Positions 42,835-51,608 of a DNA stretch of 64,000 nt are shown here, one piece after another. Below the pieces are notes generated by a model, which saw nothing but the letters and a program-made list of their open reading frames with translations, was not told the DNA's origin and did no database searches. Numbering within the stretch: position 1 is the stretch's first letter; every line of letters begins with the position of its first letter. The position numbers and the translations under genes were made by a program. The stretch is from Ignavibacteriota bacterium (lineage in GTDB: Bacteria > Bacteroidota > Ignavibacteria > UBA10030 > CAVZMI01). The stretch is taken from contig CAVZMI010000014.1 in NCBI GenBank assembly GCA_963776275.1, positions 1 through 64,000 of the forward strand, written 5' to 3'.

Positions 42835-43854
42835 GTGAATCGGTTTATAATCACGTGCTTAACTGCAATTGTCATAATCGGGATGCTTTCATCTCTATCC
42901 TATTGTCAGGTAAAATGGGCACAAACGGGATTCAATTTTCTCAGTGTATCGTCTGATGCGAAGGCAGGTGCTATGGGCGATGCTGTAAACTCCCTTGTCG
43001 GCTATTCAGGCGCGTTGTACCATAATCCGGCAACCATGGCTGAAATGCCCTCTCTGCTCAACGCCAACTTCAGCATTAATTCCTGGATTGCCGATATTAA
43101 GTATCTCACTTTCAGCATGATTGTCTCACCGGCTTCCGGAAATTATGGTGTAGTTGGCATCAGTGTGCAATCGGTCGATTATGGCGATGTGCAGGGAACG
43201 ATGGTATGGAACAACAGTAAAGGTTATATCGATACCGAAGTGATGAAACCTTCAGCATTAGCCGTCGGTGTCGGTTATGCCATTATGCTTTCGAATCAAT
43301 TTGGTGTGGGCGGTCAAATCCGATTTGCATATCAATCACTGGGCAAGAGTGTTGTTCCGGTTACCGGCACCAATTCGTACACGACGAAACAAAATGTTGC
43401 CAACACGGTAGCGTATGATTTCGGGACTATCTATAAAACTGGTATAAAGAGTCTGGCTTTTGGTATGTCTATAAGGAATTTTTCTAAAGATGTAACCTAT
43501 GAACAAGAAGCGTTTCAAATCCCGTTGCTCTTTACATTGGGTATTTCGGCAGACCTTTTCGATTTCATAGGATCAGCCGGACCAAATCACTCGCTCATGC
43601 TCTTTTTGGACAGCACGCATCCACGGTCCCATCCGGAGCAAATTAAAATCGGGGCCGAATATCAATTTCATAAATTGATATCATTACGAGCAGGGTACAT
43701 CAGCAGCGACAGTGAGGATGGCGTTACGTATGGATTTGGCGTTTCTTCTTCCGGCCTTGGTGTTTCTCCCGTTAATTTTGATGTCGATTACTCCTACACG
43801 CCGTTCGGTGTGTTTAATAACGTTCATAGAATATCAGTAAGTCTTACAATGTAA
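42835..43854 (+). CDS. PorV/PorQ-family outer-membrane beta-barrel (module 3)
   Basis: AQTGFNFLSVSSDAKAGAMGDA..LYHNPA; shared YKTGIKSLAFGMS, HPEQIKIG, DYSYTPFGVF. GTG start at 42835 behind AGGAG. Confidence 0.8.
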   Translation: MNRFIITCLTAIVIIGMLSSLSYCQVKWAQTGFNFLSVSSDAKAGAMGDAVNSLVGYSGALYHNPATMAEMPSLLNANFSINSWIADIKYLTFSMIVSPASGNYGVVGISVQSVDYGDVQGTMVWNNSKGYIDTEVMKPSALAVGVGYAIMLSNQFGVGGQIRFAYQSLGKSVVPVTGTNSYTTKQNVANTVAYDFGTIYKTGIKSLAFGMSIRNFSKDVTYEQEAFQIPLLFTLGISADLFDFIGSAGPNHSLMLFLDSTHPRSHPEQIKIGAEYQFHKLISLRAGYISSDSEDGVTYGFGVSSSGLGVSPVNFDVDYSYTPFGVFNNVHRISVSLTM

Positions 43855-43873
43855 AATGATAGAGTGGACTACT

Positions 43874-45112
43874 ATGAAAAATAAAAAATCTGTTTATCAT
43901 CTTCTTACAGCAACTGTTATTATACTCTTCTCGATCAGTGCATGCAATGAGTATAATGAACCGGGGATCATTTATACCCCCGATGTATCATCGTACCCGG
44001 TAAATCCGATTATCACCAGTATCTCACCTTCTGATTCTATGATTGCCGGGATCAGGGAGTTTACGATTGCCGGACAGAATTTCACCACGAATACCGATTC
44101 ACTTCATGTATTCTTTGGTTCGCAGCAGGCGATGATAAAAACTGCTACACCTACGAGCTTAGTCGTCTATCGGCCGCCAAATTCCGGAAATCTTGTGGTC
44201 AAGGTCGAAATCCCCGCGGCCCTCGGAATACCGAAGGTACCTTACAAAGTCGAAGTTCCGATTGTGAAATTTGGCGACTTCAAACTCTTTGCACGTGCTT
44301 TTTATGCCATGGAAATAGATAAAAACGAATACCTATGGATAGGAAGCGCTAGATATCTCTATAAAGTAACACCGGATGGGCTCTACACAACCACATTTAT
44401 GAAAAACGACAAATCTGCCTTTAACGAACCAACAGACTTACGGTTCGGCCCCTCGGGATTACTATATATTGCTTTGAAAAATCAAAAAATTATCTATTCT
44501 ATTAACCCGGAAGACTCTACACAGGCACCTGTCGCCTATGCGACGTTTCCAAATAATGCGGAAAAGATGGATTTTGACGAAAATGGGAACCTATTTGCAG
44601 GGAAAGCCAACGGACTCTATAGGGTGGATCACGTGACGAAGGCTGTTACCGCCACGGGTCATTACATAAATAATTTTACAATAGTTGACATTCATATATT
44701 TAATCATTATGTTTACGTGGCAAGTGGTTCACGCATTTCGAAAACGATTATTAATACCGATGGTTCGTTGGGAAGTACCGATGAACTTGTTGTTGATATT
44801 CTTAGTAATCCCGCTGTTAGTCAGTGTACAATAAGCTCGTTTAGTATTGCTGTAGATGGTACGGTTTGTACGGTTTATTTATGTCTGAAAAACCATCCGC
44901 AATATTCAATTTTTGTTCTTGAGAACGACGGTTCAGTAACTCCATTCTATGTTGAAGACATATTACCTCAGAGAGTCGACCAGATGTTCTGGGGGAATGG
45001 AAGATATTTATTCCTCAATAAAGGTATGGGTCAGGCGAATGATTTACTCCGCGGCGTGTATAAAATGGGATTAGATAAGAATGGTGCGCCATATCTTGGA
45101 AGAACTCTTTAA
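43874..45112 (+). CDS. IPT/TIG-domain + beta-propeller lipoprotein (module 3)
   Basis: Lipobox ISAC; PIITSISP...TIAGQNF; DFDENGNLF; WGNGRYLF; distant homolog of 13949-15208. Confidence 0.72.
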   Translation: MKNKKSVYHLLTATVIILFSISACNEYNEPGIIYTPDVSSYPVNPIITSISPSDSMIAGIREFTIAGQNFTTNTDSLHVFFGSQQAMIKTATPTSLVVYRPPNSGNLVVKVEIPAALGIPKVPYKVEVPIVKFGDFKLFARAFYAMEIDKNEYLWIGSARYLYKVTPDGLYTTTFMKNDKSAFNEPTDLRFGPSGLLYIALKNQKIIYSINPEDSTQAPVAYATFPNNAEKMDFDENGNLFAGKANGLYRVDHVTKAVTATGHYINNFTIVDIHIFNHYVYVASGSRISKTIINTDGSLGSTDELVVDILSNPAVSQCTISSFSIAVDGTVCTVYLCLKNHPQYSIFVLENDGSVTPFYVEDILPQRVDQMFWGNGRYLFLNKGMGQANDLLRGVYKMGLDKNGAPYLGRTL

Positions 45113-45278
45113 TAGAATTTTTTTGGTATTAAAATATAAAGCAAGATGTACTTATACTAACTAATTGCTCGTAGTAAGTAATTCAAAATTTATTATTCAA
45201 AAAAGGAGGGATTCTATGTAAAGAAAAACAGCTATCTTTTTTACCAAACAATTTTTTATTTTTAAAAAGGAGGATGTA

Positions 45279-47033
45279 ATGAAAAAGCTCGTTACAATTC
45301 TTGTATTATTGTTGATAGTTGTCATCTGTCTCTCTTCGGTGTCGTTTGCGAAGGGTAAAAGAATCCGGACAATGGTCGGTAGTACCCTGCAAATACCGAA
45401 AGCTTCAGCAGCTCCTATCATTGATGGTGAGATGGATGATATATGGTTTAACGTTACAGCAGTTCCGTGCCTGAAAGTTGAATGCTCATTAACGGATCGG
45501 ACGACGGATTCAATGTGTGTGCGTGCTTATGACGATTTTGCTGTAACTGCCCGCACCATGTGGGATGCAGATAATTTCTATATATTTATTAATGTAGTCG
45601 ACGACTCATTATACGCGGCAAATGTGAGTTCACCATGGATGAACGATAACATTGAAATATTCTTCGACGGCGGTAACGATAAAGCCACCACCTATGATGA
45701 TAATGATCTCCAGGTTCACTGGAACTATGGTGAGACTCCGGAAAGTCATCCAATAACGGCCGGTTCAATAGGTACCTGGGTATGGAAGACAACTCAGGCT
45801 GGTTACAATTGGGAGATTGCGATACCTAATAGTCAACTTGTGAAAACAGTGGGGGGCGCACCTCTATTCGATTTTGTAGCTGACAAAGAAATCGGGTACG
45901 AAATTTCGGTTGGTGATGAGAATAGCGCTAGTAGTCCGCAGTATAATCTTCACTGGTGGACAAACAATAACCTCACATGGCAGCAGCCGAATACGTTTGG
46001 AACAGCGGTTTTATCTCCTATAGAAGTTAGCCCGACATTGGAGATTCCACACGTCGACAATGCACCTATCATTGATGGAGACATGACTGAAGGCGAAGGT
46101 TGGGAATTGGCTCCTGAAATCACCAATAACAAATGTGAAGGCCCTATGGCCACAACCGATATTTATGCTCAAAAGGGTTTCAATACTGATGGGACGAATT
46201 CAAAATTGTGGAATGACTTTATGATTTCCAGTTGGACATTGTGGGATGCAGATAATTTCTATGTGTTCATTAAAGCCACCGACGACTCATTATACGCGGC
46301 AAATGTGAGTTCACCGTGGATGAACGATAACATTGAATTATTCTTCGATGGCGGTAACGATAAAGCCACAACCTATGATGATAATGATCTCCAGGTTCAC
46401 TGGAACTATGGTGAGACTCCGGAAAGTCATCCAATAACGGCCGGTTCATTAGGTACCTGGGTTTATAAGCCATGGACGGACGCTGCTACCCAATCCAGTG
46501 GCTACAATTGGGAGATTGCGATACCTAATAGTCAACTTGTGAAAACAGTGGGGGGCGCGCCTATATTCACCTATGCAGCTGACAAAGAAATCGGGTACGA
46601 AATTTCAGTAGGTGATGAGGATAACGCTGCTCCTTCACGGCAGAAAAATCTTCACTGGTGGACACAAAATAACCTTACATGGCAGCAGCCGAATACATTT
46701 GGAACAGCAGTACTAGTTATGGCACGGACGGGTGCAAATGCAATTAACACACAGGATAACGGCGTAGTTACCAATTACAGACTTGAACAAAACTACCCGA
46801 ATCCATTCAATCCGTCAACACAGATTTCCTACTCCATTCCAAAGAGTGAGAGAGTAAAACTCACAGTGTATAATGTGCTGGGAAATCAAATTGCAACATT
46901 AGTTAATGAAACAAAGAGTGCCGGGACTTACCTGGTTAACTTCAACGGTCAGAATCTTGCAAGCGGCATCTATTTCTACAAATTAGAGGCCGGGAGTAAG
47001 ATGCTGGCGAAGAAGATGGTGTTGATCAAATAG
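45279..47033 (+). CDS. Secreted protein with two tandem CBM9/DOMON-like sugar-binding domains and T9SS type-A CTD
   Basis: Two copies of APIIDG...WDADNFY...DD...WMNDNIE.FFDG...NWEIAIP...IGYEISVGD...PNTFGTAVL; CTD EQNYPNPFNP. Confidence 0.78.
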   Translation: MKKLVTILVLLLIVVICLSSVSFAKGKRIRTMVGSTLQIPKASAAPIIDGEMDDIWFNVTAVPCLKVECSLTDRTTDSMCVRAYDDFAVTARTMWDADNFYIFINVVDDSLYAANVSSPWMNDNIEIFFDGGNDKATTYDDNDLQVHWNYGETPESHPITAGSIGTWVWKTTQAGYNWEIAIPNSQLVKTVGGAPLFDFVADKEIGYEISVGDENSASSPQYNLHWWTNNNLTWQQPNTFGTAVLSPIEVSPTLEIPHVDNAPIIDGDMTEGEGWELAPEITNNKCEGPMATTDIYAQKGFNTDGTNSKLWNDFMISSWTLWDADNFYVFIKATDDSLYAANVSSPWMNDNIELFFDGGNDKATTYDDNDLQVHWNYGETPESHPITAGSLGTWVYKPWTDAATQSSGYNWEIAIPNSQLVKTVGGAPIFTYAADKEIGYEISVGDEDNAAPSRQKNLHWWTQNNLTWQQPNTFGTAVLVMARTGANAINTQDNGVVTNYRLEQNYPNPFNPSTQISYSIPKSERVKLTVYNVLGNQIATLVNETKSAGTYLVNFNGQNLASGIYFYKLEAGSKMLAKKMVLIK

Positions 47034-47054
47034 TCCCAATTCATGTTCACGTAC

Positions 47055-47091
47055 AGCGTCTGTGGCAGCAATGCTGCAGACGCTTTTTTTT
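47055..47091 (+). terminator. Rho-independent terminator
   Basis: AGCGTCTGTGGCA-GCAA-TGCTGCAGACGCT followed by a T run. Confidence 0.8.
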
Positions 47092-47131
47092 ACTAATTTA
47101 ACAGACATGCGGCCCATAGGAGCATTTCAGA

Positions 47132-49051
47132 ATGAATCTTCACATCATTGATATCGGAATTATTTTTTTGTATCTGGCTACGACAATTTTCATCGGGTTC
47201 TACATATCGAAAAGAGCTTCAAAAGATATTAGAAACTATTTTCTTGGAGGAAACACACTCCCATGGTATCTTCTTGGGATATCGAATGCTTCAGGGATGT
47301 TTGATATAGCAGGAACAATGCTCCTGGTCTACTGGCTTTCGGTCTACGGTTTAAAAAGTATATGGCTGCCCTGGGTATGGCCGGTGTTCAATCAAATATT
47401 CCTCATGGTCTATTTATCATCATGGCTCCGCAGGTCGAATGTCATGACCGGCGCCGAGTGGATTAAAACACGGTTCGGATCAGGAAAAGGCGCCGCTCTT
47501 TCGCATATTATAGTCGTCATATTTGCTCTCATCAGTGTCATTGGATTTCTTTCCTATGGCTTTAAAGGAATCGGAAAATTTGCGGTGGCTTTTCTTCCAC
47601 CGCTGATAACCGATCCGGTGACTCTTACTCAATACCCTCAGATTAATGCTAACCTTTATGCTCTGATATTGATGGGTCTGACAACGATCTATGTCGTTAA
47701 GGGTGGTATGTTCAGCGTTGTATTAACAGAAGTTGTACAATACGGTATTCTTACAATTTCTTCGATTGCGGTAGGTATTATCGCCATGTATCATGTTTCT
47801 CCTGAAATGATCCGAAGCGTCATCCCCGATGGCTGGACGAATATGTTCTTCGGATCGAGTATGAACCTGGATTGGTCGACCGTACATTCTGCTGTCGCAA
47901 CAAAAGTGGTCGCATTTAACCAATGGATAAAGACAGATGGGTATTCTCTCTTCGGATTATTTTTCGTGATGATGCTTTTTAAAGGAATATTCGTTTCCGC
48001 TGCCGGTCCTGCACCGAACTATGATATGCAGCGAATTCTCTCAACGCGCAATCCGAAAGAAGCGGCAAAAATGAGCTCATTGGTAAGTTTGGTACTTAAT
48101 CCCAGCCGGTATTTCTTGGTTGCCGGTTTAGCGGTTCTTGCGTTGACAAATTTTGATGTACTATATAAAAGCTCGATTGCCAGTCCTGATTTCGAAACGA
48201 TTTTACCTGAAGTTCTGGCTAATTATATGCCGGTCGGCCTTTTAGGCTTTTTGTTGGCCGGTCTGCTCGCTGCTTTTATGAGTAATTTTGCTGCAACGGT
48301 CAATGCGGCGCCTGCCTATATCGTCAATGATATTTATAAGAAATATATCAATCCCAATGCGGAACCCAAAAAATATGTTACCATGAGTTATATTGCTTCA
48401 ATTGCCGTTGTCGCTGTCGGTATAGCGACGGGATTCTTCGTAGAATCGATCAACCAGATCGTCCTCTGGATTGTTGCCTCGTTATGGGGCGGTTATACGG
48501 CGGCAAACGTGCTAAAATGGTACTGGTGGAGATTCAATGGATATGGATACTTCTGGGGAATGGTTTGCGGTATTGCCGCATCGCTGATCTTGCTTTTCCT
48601 GGATAAATTTGGCTTAATACCTTTCCTACAAAATTGGCCCCTGACCAGTAATCCCAGCATGAATTCTTTTCCTGTAATCCTGATTATCTCAATTTTTGGA
48701 TGTATCATTGCTACGTTAATGACTGAACCCGAGAGCGATGAAGTACTTATGAAATTTTACCATAATGTTCGTCCCTGGGGTTTCTGGAAGCCAATTCATG
48801 AAAAAGTCGTCGAAGTGAACCGGCAATTTGTAGCGAACAAAGATTTTAAGCGAGATATGTTCAATATCCTCGTCGGAATTGTATGGCAGATAACATTGGT
48901 CGCTTCGCCTGTATTTCTAGTGATCCGAGAATATAGTTCTTTAATAATTTGTGTTGTGTTGATGGTTGCGACATCAGTAATACTTAAATTCACCTGGTGG
49001 GATAAACTTGAAACCGCGTATGGTGAAAGAAATACCGAATTAAGGATTTAA
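47132..49051 (+). CDS. Sodium:solute symporter (SSS family), probable oligosaccharide/sugar uptake
   Basis: Highly hydrophobic multi-TM protein; YFLGGNTLPW, DMQRILS, LLAAFMS, WYWWRFN. Confidence 0.9.
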   Translation: MNLHIIDIGIIFLYLATTIFIGFYISKRASKDIRNYFLGGNTLPWYLLGISNASGMFDIAGTMLLVYWLSVYGLKSIWLPWVWPVFNQIFLMVYLSSWLRRSNVMTGAEWIKTRFGSGKGAALSHIIVVIFALISVIGFLSYGFKGIGKFAVAFLPPLITDPVTLTQYPQINANLYALILMGLTTIYVVKGGMFSVVLTEVVQYGILTISSIAVGIIAMYHVSPEMIRSVIPDGWTNMFFGSSMNLDWSTVHSAVATKVVAFNQWIKTDGYSLFGLFFVMMLFKGIFVSAAGPAPNYDMQRILSTRNPKEAAKMSSLVSLVLNPSRYFLVAGLAVLALTNFDVLYKSSIASPDFETILPEVLANYMPVGLLGFLLAGLLAAFMSNFAATVNAAPAYIVNDIYKKYINPNAEPKKYVTMSYIASIAVVAVGIATGFFVESINQIVLWIVASLWGGYTAANVLKWYWWRFNGYGYFWGMVCGIAASLILLFLDKFGLIPFLQNWPLTSNPSMNSFPVILIISIFGCIIATLMTEPESDEVLMKFYHNVRPWGFWKPIHEKVVEVNRQFVANKDFKRDMFNILVGIVWQITLVASPVFLVIREYSSLIICVVLMVATSVILKFTWWDKLETAYGERNTELRI

Positions 49052-49169
49052 TAGCCCGAAAAGCTGCTGCAATTGGTCTATCTTATAATAACTCGCTTTT
49101 TACATCGCTTGGCAATCAGAAGGAAGAGAAATAGAATTCATCAATATTATATACAAAAAAGGAAAAGTC

Positions 49170-51608
49170 ATGGGCTACGGATATTTTGACGACAAACAGA
49201 AAGAATATGTGATAACACGCCCCGATACGCCTCTGCCCTGGATAAATTACCTAGGTACGGAAAATTTTTATGGGATAATTTCCAATACCGCCGGGGGATA
49301 TTGCTTCTACCAGGATGCGAGGATGCGTCGATTGACGCGTTACCGTTACAACAATATTCCCATGGATAGCAACGGTCGTTATCTGTATGTTAAAGACGGT
49401 GATTCGATCTGGAATCCGATGTGGAAGCCTATGCGAACGGCTCTTGATCGATACGAATGCCGTCATGGTTTAGGATACACGAAGATAACCGGGATGAAGA
49501 ATGAGCTTGAGGTTTCTTCATTGTTTTTTATTCCGTTGGAGTCCAGGAATGAAATCTGGCATGTGCAGATAACAAATCGTTCAAAATCTCCGAAGAAAAT
49601 CAGATTGTGGAGTTTCGTCGAATGGTGCCTCTGGGAAGCTAATGATGACATGACCAATTTCCAGAGAAATTATTCTACAGGACAGGTCGAAATTGAGAAC
49701 GGCACTATTTTCCATATCACAGAATACAGGGAACGCAGAAATCATTATGCATATTTTACCTCGAGCGAACCCGTCTCCGGTTACGACAGCAGCCGTGATG
49801 CGTTCGTCGGCGTTCATCAGGGACTCGATGCACCCCAGGCCGTCATGCAGGGGAGCTGCAGGAATAGTACCGCGTACGGCTGGCTACCGATCGCCGTCCA
49901 TCAATTTGATATTGAGCTGAAAGCCGGTGAAACAAAGATTATAAATTTTTTATTGGGATACGGAGAAAATCCACCTGAAAAGAAATATCTCGATAATGGA
50001 AAAATCCGGAAGGATGAATTCGAAGCTGTTAGGTCAAAATATATACAAACCGCAGGTGTGCTGAGTGCATTTGAAGCTCACAAAAAATACTGGGATAATT
50101 TGCTTTCATCATATCAGGTTGACACGCCGGATACGATCGTGAACCGAATGGCGAATATATGGAATCAGTATCAGTGCATGGTTACCTTCAATATGTCGCG
50201 CTCAGCATCTCTGTATGAGTCAGGTATCGGCAGGGGATTTGGATATCGCGACAGCAACCAGGACATCCTGGGTTTTGTGCATATTATACCGGCACGCGCG
50301 CGTCAGAGGATTTTGGATCTGGCTGCGACTCAGCTCTCGAACGGTATGTGTTTTCATCAATATCAGCCGCTAACGAAAAAAGGAAACGCCGATATAGGCG
50401 GCGGGTTCAACGATGACCCGCTGTGGCTGATTCTATCCGTCGCGGCATATATAAAAGAAACAGGCGATTACACTATCTTGAGCGATAAAGCCGGTTTTGC
50501 CGATATTCAAAATTCAGAGGCAACCTTGCTCGATCACCTGTATATCTCTCTTCAATACACGCTGAATCACCGTGGACCGCATGGTTTGCCGTTAATCGGT
50601 CATGCCGACTGGAATGATTGCCTCAATCTGAATTGTTTCTCGACAACGCCGGGTGAAAGTTTTCAGTTAGCAGGACATATCGAAAATGATAAAGTTGCTG
50701 AATCAGTCATGATTGCCGGTTTGTTCTGTAAAGCCTGTGATGAGATGGCGGACATTCTTAAGAATATCGGAAAACCCGAGCACGTGAACGATTACCTCAA
50801 CCAGGCCGAAAATATGAGGAAAACGATTCTTGAACATGGATGGGATGGCGAATGGTTCCTCAGGGCTTATGATTCATATGGCAGAAAATTAGGTTCTGCC
50901 GAAAATGAAGAGGGTAAAATCTTCATTGAGAGCCAGGGGTGGGGAGTTCTGGGCAGCGTTGGATTAGAAAATGGTTATGCGTTGAAGGCTCTGGACAGTG
51001 TGCGGAAACATTTATTTACCCCGAACGGCATTATTTTGCAGCAACCGGCTTTTCATACATACTATGTACATCTGGGCGAGGTGAGTTCCTATCCACCCGG
51101 ATATAAGGAAAATGCCGGCATTTTTACACACAATAATACATGGATACAAATTGCCGAGACCATCATTGGCCGGGGAGATCAGGCAATGGAATATTACAAG
51201 AGTATATGCCCTCCGACCAAAGAAGATCAAATCGATATTTATCGTTCCGAGCCTTATGTATACAGTCAAATGACAGCCGGCAGAGACGCCCCGACACCCG
51301 GCGAAGGGAAAAATTCCTGGTTGACGGGTACTGTAGCCTGGTCTTTTGTCACTCTTTCTCAATTTATACTGGGCATCCGTCCCGATTTCGACGGATTAAT
51401 CGTAGATCCATGTATTCCGGGTTCCTGGAAAAAATTTACCGTTGTACGAAAATTTAGAAACAGTGTGTATACGATTACCGTCAATAATCCGAAGGGCGTC
51501 AGCAAAGGTGTAAAGAATCTCTTGCTGGATGGTAAATTAATAAGCGGCAATAGAATCCCGGATCTTCATGACGGAAAGAATCATATTATTGGAGTTGAAC
51601 TCGGTTAG
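49170..51608 (+). CDS. GH94 glycoside phosphorylase, cellobiose phosphorylase-like
   Basis: PDTPLPWINYLG, RRLTRYRYN, GIGRGFGYRDSNQD, ADWNDCL, KENAGIF, NSWLTGT; no signal peptide. Confidence 0.92.
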   Translation: MGYGYFDDKQKEYVITRPDTPLPWINYLGTENFYGIISNTAGGYCFYQDARMRRLTRYRYNNIPMDSNGRYLYVKDGDSIWNPMWKPMRTALDRYECRHGLGYTKITGMKNELEVSSLFFIPLESRNEIWHVQITNRSKSPKKIRLWSFVEWCLWEANDDMTNFQRNYSTGQVEIENGTIFHITEYRERRNHYAYFTSSEPVSGYDSSRDAFVGVHQGLDAPQAVMQGSCRNSTAYGWLPIAVHQFDIELKAGETKIINFLLGYGENPPEKKYLDNGKIRKDEFEAVRSKYIQTAGVLSAFEAHKKYWDNLLSSYQVDTPDTIVNRMANIWNQYQCMVTFNMSRSASLYESGIGRGFGYRDSNQDILGFVHIIPARARQRILDLAATQLSNGMCFHQYQPLTKKGNADIGGGFNDDPLWLILSVAAYIKETGDYTILSDKAGFADIQNSEATLLDHLYISLQYTLNHRGPHGLPLIGHADWNDCLNLNCFSTTPGESFQLAGHIENDKVAESVMIAGLFCKACDEMADILKNIGKPEHVNDYLNQAENMRKTILEHGWDGEWFLRAYDSYGRKLGSAENEEGKIFIESQGWGVLGSVGLENGYALKALDSVRKHLFTPNGIILQQPAFHTYYVHLGEVSSYPPGYKENAGIFTHNNTWIQIAETIIGRGDQAMEYYKSICPPTKEDQIDIYRSEPYVYSQMTAGRDAPTPGEGKNSWLTGTVAWSFVTLSQFILGIRPDFDGLIVDPCIPGSWKKFTVVRKFRNSVYTITVNNPKGVSKGVKNLLLDGKLISGNRIPDLHDGKNHIIGVELG

